A stretch of 55,304 nucleotides of DNA, from the NCBI GenBank assembly GCA_016937115.1, contig JAFGWN010000186.1, positions 1-55,304 on the forward strand, given 5' to 3'. Both the position numbers and the translations under genes were made by a program. Source of the stretch: Balneolaceae bacterium. Lineage in GTDB: Bacteria; Bacteroidota; Rhodothermia; Balneolales; Balneolaceae. The notes beneath the pieces are model-generated. The model saw nothing but the letters and a program-made list of their open reading frames with translations, was not told the DNA's origin and ran no database searches. This document shows, in pieces, positions 18,201 to 26,400 of the stretch (position 1 is the stretch's first letter; each line of letters begins with the position of its first letter).

Positions 18201-19065
18201 GGCAGGTCCGCTGGATCTGGAACTGGATGCTGAAGTAAAAGCGCCGGATTTCGTTTCAAACTATTTTGGGCTGGGCAATGAAACCGAGCGCGGCACAAAG
18301 GATTACAGTTTTTACGATTATAAAATTGATAATGCGGAATTGTCGGCCGGTGTAGCCGAAGACTTCGAAGAGCTGCTGTTTATCCACGGAGATATTGGGT
18401 ATGAGTATTTCCGTCCTATTAAAATGCCGGACAGATTTATTACCTCTCCGGCATCGGGGCTTACGGATGATGTTTTTTCAGCGCATCACTATGCTACATT
18501 GGGAGCGGGATTACAAGTAACCACCGTCGATGAAACCCTTTTCCCTCACTACGGAGCAGAATTTGTGGCGTCAGGCAAGCTAAATGTGGGGCTTAATGGC
18601 AGGAGTGAAACATTCACCCGCCTGAAAAGTGAGATAAAGGGATATTATACACTGGAAAGTATTACAACCACCCTTGCTTCGCGGCTTGGTTTTGCAACGA
18701 ATATCGGCGATTACGACTTTTTCCAGGCCAACACACTGGGCGGACAACGGGTCTTTAGTGGCTCCGGTAACCTAAGGGGGTTTGCCCGAAAGCGGTTTTC
18801 AGGGCGTACCAGCGTATATCACAATACAGAACTGCGTACCAAGGTTGGAGACTTCAGTTCGTACCTGTTCCCCGCTACGTTTGGTATTACGGCCTTTTTC
18901 GACCAGGGACGGGTGTGGAAAAGCAATGAGCGTTCCCGCCTGTGGCATGTAGGATACGGCGGCGGTATATGGATCAGTCCGCTGGAGTATTTCATTTTGA
19001 ATACAAGTTATGCGGTCTCAAAAGAAGATGAGTTTATATCAGTAACACTGGGTTTTACGTTTTAA
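15292..19065 (+). CDS. Lipoprotein: PAP-like metallophosphoesterase + central domain + Omp85-type barrel (paralog 2)
   Basis: The ATG at 15292 (MDKKTF...) is preferred over the track's TTG at 15247. It has lipobox FIWSC, the same five motifs (GDTG, GDNIY, GNHDW, ISFH, GHEH) and a C-terminus with NLRGF ending ...SVTLGFTF. It is collinear with paralog 1 along the whole length. Confidence 0.8.
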   Translation: MDKKTFLTQGFIGVICLFFIWSCGTPRPYIESGSGNKPDSIKTKQVDHQIFLIGDTGRPVLDGRDPVLETLQHQLEQAGDSSSIVFLGDNIYSYGMNPDTTIEAKREDQAIMRRTLRTLENFTGKSFMLPGNHDWGYGVRGVRAQERFVENYSGVNVQFSPDDACPGPNGFDLGENWYLIILDSEWWINQSFQLVPNVKGCEFSTRIEVMNQVTNLAEENDDKNILISFHHPLYSNGSHGGFYTFRDYVFPLTNLYEGLYVPLPLIGSIYPIYRKIGRSPQDQNHQQYEEFSREIREAVEDIENVFFAAGHEHSLGFYEQKKADENKDGTDYFILSGSGSKQSYARTGYGAEFVYSNKGFAKLVSYEDGSVNVEFWVPKNDTNEGRLVYFKKIIEPEQKITEEEHIALRRENYEGTEDTVKTLRAGPEYAAGGLHRFVWGDHYRDAWTAEVEVPVFDLDTKKGGLEVLDVTGGEQTITIIVQDSSKHKYVMRSVQKNPVKSLPSVLQETFASDVAKDQVSASHPYGAMLVPPLSKAAGVYSTNPEYGYISKKSGIKMDLGNREGALVTFEEFVSTDWFNRKYQKQAVDMVDSDELWERMRQEGQARVDEKQLVRSRLFDIFIGDWDRHEGQWFWAETKTDSISVYEPIPIDRDNAFFKSDGAIPWIGRRKWALRKFQLFDNDIRDMAGLNFNARFFDRWFMNELPKENWISIAEDMQQALTDSVINEAISQWPKPIQQINGDIFREKLKQRRDKLTEFALRYYDILSEEVNVYGSDKADRFEVVRSPNGQTSVIIYEKIEDVPEGEQKQLFARTFKVGETDEIRLFGFGDNDDFDITGSSDKAMTIRVVGGEGRDVVNDKSDVDGRSEETLVYDTDYGSTIISSGEVQSKTSNDPRINRFDNRSFEYNYVAPLVTAGYNSDDGIFLGGGALIRTYGFRKDPFAAKHRITVKRALKTSSFSAAYNGVFSEEAGPLDLELDAEVKAPDFVSNYFGLGNETERGTKDYSFYDYKIDNAELSAGVAEDFEELLFIHGDIGYEYFRPIKMPDRFITSPASGLTDDVFSAHHYATLGAGLQVTTVDETLFPHYGAEFVASGKLNVGLNGRSETFTRLKSEIKGYYTLESITTTLASRLGFATNIGDYDFFQANTLGGQRVFSGSGNLRGFARKRFSGRTSVYHNTELRTKVGDFSSYLFPATFGITAFFDQGRVWKSNERSRLWHVGYGGGIWISPLEYFILNTSYAVSKEDEFISVTLGFTF

Positions 19066-19080
19066 TCTCATTACTGTTGA

Positions 19081-19101
19081 TGTCATCATGAAGGATGATG
19101 A
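19081..19101. terminator. Hairpin between convergent genes (possible bidirectional terminator)
   Basis: GTCATCAT-GAAGG-ATGATGAC, an 8-bp stem, lies between the stop at 19065 (+) and the msrA stop at 19113 (-). There is no clear U-tract. Confidence 0.3.
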
Positions 19102-19112
19102 CACTATTAAAA

Positions 19113-19676
19113 TTATATTCGCGCTTCTTCTTTCAGTAAGTGTCTGAACTCCTTTCGAAGCTTTTTCATTTTAGGAGCAATTACAAATGAGCAATAGCCC
19201 GCACTTGGATTGTTTGCGTAATAATTTTGATGATCTTCTTCGGCTTCATAAAAGGCGTCAAGCGGCTCAATTTCTGTCACGATGGGGTCATTCCATAAAT
19301 CAGAGGCGTCGGTCTCTGTACGAGACGTTTCGGCAAGTTTTTTCTGCTCTTCGTTATGGTAAAAAATGGCCGAACGGTATTGTGTGCCTACATCCGCTCC
19401 CTGTCGGTTTTTGGTGGTGGGGTTATGCGTATGCCAAAAAACTGTTAATAGCTGTTGGTAAGAGATTACAGAGGGATTAAACGTTATTTGTGCTACTTCG
19501 GCATGACCGGTTGACCCCGAGCAGACTTCACGATAAGAAGGATTTTTTATATGTCCCCCCGCATATCCCGAGGTTACCGACTTAACGCCCTTCAAACTTT
19601 GAAAAACGGCCTCTACACACCAGAAGCATCCGGCCCCGAAGGTTGCTTTGGAAAACGTATTTGAATTGTCACTCAT
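19113..19676 (-). CDS. msrA: Peptide-methionine (S)-S-oxide reductase MsrA
   Basis: The GAGCFWCVEAVF active-site motif is followed by SGYAGG and HDPT-like regions. The ATG at 19676 (MSDNSNTF) is preferred over the track start at 19727. Confidence 0.9.
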   Translation of the reverse strand: MSDNSNTFSKATFGAGCFWCVEAVFQSLKGVKSVTSGYAGGHIKNPSYREVCSGSTGHAEVAQITFNPSVISYQQLLTVFWHTHNPTTKNRQGADVGTQYRSAIFYHNEEQKKLAETSRTETDASDLWNDPIVTEIEPLDAFYEAEEDHQNYYANNPSAGYCSFVIAPKMKKLRKEFRHLLKEEARI

Positions 19677-20096
19677 AATTACATCGCCATTGATTAGGGT
19701 TTTGCCTGATATACAAGACCATAACAATTTTTGCTGTTATAGATTCCAACAGTTTTAAAAATGATCACGATCAGCGCAAAATTGAGGGCGGGTACCTAAT
19801 ACTCCTGAACGCTTAAAATCACGTGCCTTCGTCGCAGTTATGAATTTAAAGAGAGTTTGTTAGAAAAAAATAATAAAGAATCTTTTATAAAGTGATCTGC
19901 GTACTGGGTATCAAGTGAACAAAAAAAGCCTTTTAAAATAACTGGGTGCATTTTTTGAAATATAGATTAAAAAATCCTAATCGCCGTATCTGTATGTGTG
20001 TTAAAGGCTTCTAATGGTACAAATAAAAGTATTCACCTATTTTATTAGTAGAAAAAACATTGCAGATACCTATCTGAAAATCACATTTAAATAGCT

Positions 20097-20597
20097 ATGA
20101 AAACAAAGCTTACAATAATTTCCGTATTTATCTTGGTTTTAATTTTTAGCGTGGCGCCGATGGCGCAGGCGCAAAGTGAAGATGTCTCTTCCAACCTGGA
20201 AGTGTATAGAATTACTATGGTCAACGGGGAGGAAGTAGTAGAGCAGGTTACGACTATTTCACCCGGAGATACACTTGAGTATCGATTGACCTATACCAAT
20301 AACTTGTCCGACGCCATTTCTGATTTGCAGCCGATTCTTCCTATTCCACAAGGGGTACAATATCTGGAAAATACAGCAATACCCGAACTTGAAGAAGCCA
20401 GCCTGGATGCAGAGGGGAATACTTTTCAATCTTTACCCATTCAGCGAGAAGAAACACTTGAAAGCGGTCTGGTGGTAGAGCGTGAAGTGCCAGCCCGTGA
20501 GTATCGTCGCCTGCGATGGAGGGTTCCTGCCCTTGAATCACAGGCGTCGGTTATGCTAAGGGCACGCGTATGGGTTATAAACAGATCCAACCTGTAG
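20097..20597 (+). CDS. Small secreted single DUF11/CARDB-like Ig-fold protein
   Basis: 166 aa with signal peptide ...APMAQAQ. It has one DUF11-type core (PGDTLEYRLTYTNNLSDAISDLQPILPIPQGVQYLENTA ... LRWRVPALESQASVMLRARVWV). The ORF ends directly after the strand that internal domains of the neighbouring genes follow with two more strands. Confidence 0.7.
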   Translation: MKTKLTIISVFILVLIFSVAPMAQAQSEDVSSNLEVYRITMVNGEEVVEQVTTISPGDTLEYRLTYTNNLSDAISDLQPILPIPQGVQYLENTAIPELEEASLDAEGNTFQSLPIQREETLESGLVVEREVPAREYRRLRWRVPALESQASVMLRARVWVINRSNL

Positions 20598-20739
20598 GGT
20601 AGAGACATCAATTTCTAACAACTAAAATTCGGGGGTGCTTTTTCGGGTAAGCCTATAACGTACCCTTTCTGTATTACTCCCGGCTTTCAAATACGAACGA
20701 TTATAATCAAACCTAAACCTAACAACCAATAATCCAATC

Positions 20740-23382
20740 ATGGAAAAACAAATGACCACAATTACACGTACGTTGTGTGGCAAATTGTTTGGATTTTTCA
20801 CCCTTCTTATGGTGGTGGGGCTAACATTTATGCTGGCACCGAATAGTGCTCTGGCACAAACTGTCCCGCAAGCCGGTGAAGAAATCGAAAACCAGGCAAA
20901 TGCTACATATACGGATAATAATGGGAATCCAAGGACTGCACAGTCAAACACGGTAACAACCGTAGTTCAGCAAGTGGCAGCGGTAACCATTACCAATGGG
21001 GTAACTAAAAATGTTAGTCCCGGCGGATATGTAGACTTCAGCCATACCATTACCAATAATGGTAACGGTAACGACACTTTTGCCTTAGTTGCTACACCAA
21101 CGTCGGCAAATTTCACCTTTACAGATATAAAAATTTATCCCGATCAGGGAGGTGGAGTACCAGATCTTAATAACGAAATTACAGGTTCAACACCTACCAT
21201 AGGTGCAGGGCAAACATACAATATCGTTGTACGGGCTACGGTGCCGAGTTCTGCAGTAGACGGGGAATCTGAATCTATTGATATTACAGCTACCAGTGAC
21301 TTTGACACAGCTGAGTCAGCATCAACCGACCCGGATGATGTAGCTCAGGTAGAAGAAGATGCAGTGATCACGGTTACCAAAGATTACCTCGATAGCGGAG
21401 GCAATGTAACGACCGGGGGCGATGTAGGAGAAACGGTAACGGTACGCTTTAGTATCAGTAACACCGGTAACGCCGATGCTACCAATCTTTCAGTTACTGA
21501 TCCGCTGCCCACGGGGTTTGTTTATCAGCCCGGAACAGCCGTTTACCAAAGTGCAAGCCGTACGGATACCGACGGCGACAGTGACGGCTATAAATACAAT
21601 GCAACCAATCAGACCATCACGCTTACATCAGGAACCCTTGCCTCGGGTGCAACTGCGTCTTTAACCTTTGAGGTGGTTGTTAATACCGGTACGGAAGGCA
21701 CCACGATTTCGAACACCGGTACCTATAACCATGATGATTTGGGTACTGCGGAGACCACAAACCCGGCCCTGTTTAATGTTAATGAAAGATATGGCATTGA
21801 GACGGTGGATAATGTGGGAGCTGATGATGATGTGATTGAAGCAGGACCGGTGAATCAGGGTGCTGTTGTTGATTTCGTCAACCGGTTTGAAAATACAGGT
21901 ACGGCTTCTGATTCATACAAAATTACGCTTTCTGGGCAGAGTAACTATCCGAATGGTACAACGTTTACACTGCACCGGACAGACGGAAGCGGTACGGTAA
22001 CCAGCCAGATTACAGCAAATGGCGGTGGTGACTTTATAATAGGACCGATTGCTGAAGGTGCGCAATTCGAAGTTGTTGTACGGGCAGACTTGCCTAACAA
22101 TGCTTCAGGCGGACCATATAACTTGACGAAAACACTAACGTCTGTTAACGATCTATCCCAGTCGGCTGTTTTCACTGATCGATTAACGTCGGTTACTGCC
22201 AGTACGGTTGATGTTACGAATGATGAATCACTTGATACCAATTCGAGTGCAGCTGGTAATGGTGTCCAACCCACCGGTGAAGCCAGTGCCGTTACAACCA
22301 ATACAACAGACCCGAACACTACAACCAGCTTCACGCTGTTTATCAATAATACCAGCGGCGTGTCTGATACCTATAATCTGGCAGCAAGTACCGATAACAC
22401 CTTTGGAAGTGTCACGCTGCCTTCCGGATGGTCGGTAGAGTTCCGGAACACAGGGGGGACACCGATCACAAGTACCGGATCAATTCCTGCGGGTGGAGCG
22501 GTAGAAGTTACCGCCGTAGTTACGGTACCATCAAATGCAACTCCGGGAGCGCAAAGTATCTATTTCCGTGCACGATCGGGTGCTACGGGTGCCGCGGACG
22601 TGAAGCATGATGCTGTTAATGTTAATGCCGTTCGTAGCATAACATTGGTTAGCGACCAAGGTGACGATGTGGTGCCGGGTGGTTCTGTTACCTATACACA
22701 CACCTTAACAAATACAGGTAACGTCATTGAAAATGATTCCGGCACACCATTACAGGTGAGCCTGGCGCATACGCAGGCCAGTGGCTTCCAGTCAGTGGTA
22801 TTCCTCGATGTGAATAATGACGGCGTTATTGATGGCGGTGATACGCAGATAACCGGTGCCGGTGGTACCGTTACTTTACCCGGCGGTACATTAACAAGCG
22901 GTGCTTCGGTTCAGCTTCTGGTACGCGTTAGTGCAGGGACAGGTGTTACCGACGGAACGGTTAACAATACCACACTTACCGTACAAGGTACTGGTGTAAA
23001 CACGGTTAGCAATACCGACAATACTGAGGTGGTAACCGGTAATCTTGAGATCGTAAAAACACAGTCATTGTCACCAACCGGACCTTTTAGCGGCGATAAC
23101 GCCGGCGATCCGGATTTACAGGCCGATCCCGGTGATATTATTTATTACCGCATTGTGGTAACAAATAATGGCTCGGCCCCGGTTACAAACATTACGCTTA
23201 CCGATGACGTGCCCGACTTCACAACTTATGAAGTAGCGGCAACGGTATCAGGCGACGGTTCTCCTTCGATTGACAGCCAGCCCTCTGTGGGCGGTACTGG
23301 AATCATAACGGTGAGCGTAGCCCAGCTTAATGCCGGTCAATCCTTTACCATTGAATTCGCTGTGGAAATCAACAGCAATTAA
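20740..23382 (+). CDS. Secreted six-domain DUF11/CARDB-like repeat protein (candidate fibre shaft subunit)
   Basis: 880 aa with signal peptide ...NSALAQ. It has six repeats of the pattern x-I/V-x-K..G..v.Y.h.v.N.G(N)..a....v.D.LP.G (for example FSISNTGNADATNLSVTDPLPTGFVY and YRIVVTNNGSAPVTNITLTDDVPDFTTY). Confidence 0.85.
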   Translation: MEKQMTTITRTLCGKLFGFFTLLMVVGLTFMLAPNSALAQTVPQAGEEIENQANATYTDNNGNPRTAQSNTVTTVVQQVAAVTITNGVTKNVSPGGYVDFSHTITNNGNGNDTFALVATPTSANFTFTDIKIYPDQGGGVPDLNNEITGSTPTIGAGQTYNIVVRATVPSSAVDGESESIDITATSDFDTAESASTDPDDVAQVEEDAVITVTKDYLDSGGNVTTGGDVGETVTVRFSISNTGNADATNLSVTDPLPTGFVYQPGTAVYQSASRTDTDGDSDGYKYNATNQTITLTSGTLASGATASLTFEVVVNTGTEGTTISNTGTYNHDDLGTAETTNPALFNVNERYGIETVDNVGADDDVIEAGPVNQGAVVDFVNRFENTGTASDSYKITLSGQSNYPNGTTFTLHRTDGSGTVTSQITANGGGDFIIGPIAEGAQFEVVVRADLPNNASGGPYNLTKTLTSVNDLSQSAVFTDRLTSVTASTVDVTNDESLDTNSSAAGNGVQPTGEASAVTTNTTDPNTTTSFTLFINNTSGVSDTYNLAASTDNTFGSVTLPSGWSVEFRNTGGTPITSTGSIPAGGAVEVTAVVTVPSNATPGAQSIYFRARSGATGAADVKHDAVNVNAVRSITLVSDQGDDVVPGGSVTYTHTLTNTGNVIENDSGTPLQVSLAHTQASGFQSVVFLDVNNDGVIDGGDTQITGAGGTVTLPGGTLTSGASVQLLVRVSAGTGVTDGTVNNTTLTVQGTGVNTVSNTDNTEVVTGNLEIVKTQSLSPTGPFSGDNAGDPDLQADPGDIIYYRIVVTNNGSAPVTNITLTDDVPDFTTYEVAATVSGDGSPSIDSQPSVGGTGIITVSVAQLNAGQSFTIEFAVEINSN

Positions 23383-23406
23383 TTCTCAATCTATTAGCAA
23401 TGTGTG

Positions 23407-23435
23407 GAGAGAAGGGTGAAGCCTTCTCTCTTCTT
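23407..23435 (+). terminator. Intercistronic hairpin (possible partial terminator/attenuator)
   Basis: GAGAGAAGG-GTGAAG-CCTTCTCTC, a 9-bp stem, is followed by TTCTTA. It lies 25 nt after the 880-aa gene stop and 29 nt before the next ATG. Confidence 0.3.
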
Positions 23436-23463
23436 ATAAAAAATAATCATCCGGCTTTTTTTG

Positions 23464-26400
23464 ATGCGTAACCTGTTTTCACATATCTTATTTGTTGCAC
23501 TTGTACTGATTGCCTTGCCGGCTGTTGGTCAACAAGTGCCGCGGGCAGGTACGTCTATTGATAACCAGGCCAGTGGGTATCATTTTTTCCCTTCCTATTC
23601 CGATACCGTCTTTAAAAACTCCAATACCGTAAGTCTCATCGTACAGGAGGCAGAAAACATTAACCTTGTTCCCAATCACCGTGAGAAAATACGTATTGGG
23701 CAGGTAACAAGGTTTACCCATACGCTTTCAAATACCGGCAATGTACCGACAACCGTTACCATTACGGCCGAAAATATAATGGGTGATGATTTTGATTTGG
23801 ATAACATAATTTTATCTACGGTTGAAGAGGCATCAAAAATGGTATCCAATATCGGAATGGCTGGAGCATCGCAGGCTGCTTCTAAAGAAATAACGGTAGA
23901 ACTGGAACCCGGAGAGGTATTTGATTTCACTATTTCCCTGGTTGTGCCCAATGAGGCAAAGGCCCGTGATTTGGGTAAGGTTAAAATAGAAGCAAAGACC
24001 AGCAGCGGGAAACTTATTCTCAGTAATACGGATATTCTGGAAGTGCTTGAAGGACCCCGGGTAGAAGTGGTAAAGAAAGCAGCAGAAAGTACCGGAAAGC
24101 AGGGAGGAGAAATTACCTATCTTATTACCGGCAGTAACGAAGGGGATCAAACAGCCCGAACCTTTAATATCCAGGTTAATAATGTTCCCTTGCAAAAGGT
24201 AATTTTACGTGATCCGATTCCAGCTAATACGAGTTTTTTGCGGACATTAAGCACCGAAGGCGGGATGACGCTGTATCATACAATAGATGATCCTGAATTC
24301 ACCTATTCGACTACACTGCCGGATGATTTATCCCGGGTTGACGAATTTGCCGTAGCATACGATTCCATCGCACCGGGCCAGAAATTTGAGGCGCAGTTTG
24401 TGGTGGCCATTAATGAAAATGCTGCCGGACTTATTAAGAATATTGCCCAGGTTGACTATCGCGACCCTATTGATGACGAGCAGCAAAGTACAACGGCAGA
24501 AACAAACCTCGTGGAAGAGGTTTTACCTGAATATGAAGCAGAACTCGATTATTATACCGATGGTAACTACAAGACCGTTAGCCGCGCTGCCCGAATTTCT
24601 GGCCCGTTATTTTTACAAGCCAATGCTGCTGCCTGCAATGCGAGTAGTGCCGTCAAAGATACCACCGTTATCACTTTCAAATCGCGGGATACGGGAGACA
24701 TAGAAGAACTAACCGGGATAGAGACAGGGCATAATACGGGCTACTTTCGGGTTATGCCCAATGCACCACTGCGCGATGCGGCAAAGTTTACGGTACGCAA
24801 AAGAAATAACATTATAGAAACCGTAGGCGATGATGTTATCACAGCTACATTGCCGGCCTGCAGTGAAAACCAGGAGGCGGTAACGACACAGATTCACATT
24901 TCTCCATACGGCGTTATTTTTAACAGCGAAGATGGCGAGCCCGTTGCAAATACATCTATTACTCTTATTGATGTTACCGGAGAAGGTAACGGCGGTAATC
25001 CAGGGGCCCCGGCTACTGTATATAATGAGCAGGGCACCGAAAAGATTGAAAATACCCAGGAGACGGGAGAAGACGGAGAGTTTGAGTTTCCTTATGTGCA
25101 GCCCAGCACCTATCGTATTGAGGTAGAGCCTCCAACCGGTTGGCGTTTTGCTTCCATTGTTGAACCGCAGGATCTGCCCGGTAACCGGAAAGTTGACGAG
25201 TGGGCTTCGTACGGAAGGGAATTCGGGGTTACTGAACCCGGGCCGGTTGGAGTTGACGTACCGGTAGATCCCGCAACGGATGGCATTCTATTCATCGAAA
25301 AAACGGTATCAACTTCCGGGGCAGAAGTCGGTGATTTCGTCACCTATCAAATTACAGTGGCAAACAACGCATCTACGGTTGTTTCTGATGTTCGTGTTGA
25401 GGATACCTTGCCGTTTGGCTTCCGTTACGAAAAAGGAACCGCACGGCGGGATGAAAAACCCATTGCGGATCCCGATGGAGGGAAGGGACCATCACTCAGT
25501 TTTATGCTGGGCGATATTCAGGGCAATAGCTCGGTTACGCTTACCTACCGTGTACTGCTTGGCACCGGCGCGTTAAACGGCGATGGTACGAACCGCGCTG
25601 TAGCCGTAAGTAATGAAGGACTACAAATCACAAGTAACGAAGCCCAGAGTAAAGTTGAGGTACGCGGTGGCGTATTCACCGATAAAGGGTACATAATCGG
25701 TAAAGTATTTGCCGATGTAAACGAAAATGATGTGCAGGATCCCGGAGAGCCCGGCGTTCCCGGCGTTCGTCTTTATCTCGAAAATGGTTCATTCGTTATT
25801 ACCGATAGTGAAGGTAAATATACGTTTTATGGCATCAATCCCAATAAACACACGATAAAAGTTGACAACTATTCGTTGCCACAGGGCAGCCGGCTTGGTG
25901 TGCTCGATAACCGGCATGCCGGAGACCCTTCCACCCGGTTTGTCGATTTGAAAAATGGGGAACTGCACCGTGCCGATTTTGCTATTTGTGACCTCACGGA
26001 AGCGGCAAAACGTGAAATAGAAGACCGCCGCAAACAATTTAATATGGTAGTCAGCGACGAAGTGGGAACAACGCTTGAGCGAAATTTTTCGACCGATGCT
26101 CAAGACCCAACACGTGCTGTTCGCCGGGCGCAGGCAAGCGGCGTGGTTGACGGCGTCAAGCTCCCGGGTTTTCGTAAGCAAAAAAATGGTAGCTCCGCAT
26201 TGGCCCAATCTTCATCTGCTATCCTCAATGATACGGCAGCAGTTGAGCAGATAACACTTGAGGATGCTATGCTGGGTGAAAAGGCAGAAATTGGGTTTAT
26301 CGGTCTGCAGGATAACGATACCCTGCAAGCTGCACAGACAAGAATTTGGATAAAGGGCCGAAGCAGTACAGCACTTTCTCTTAGCGTTAATGGGGAGAAA

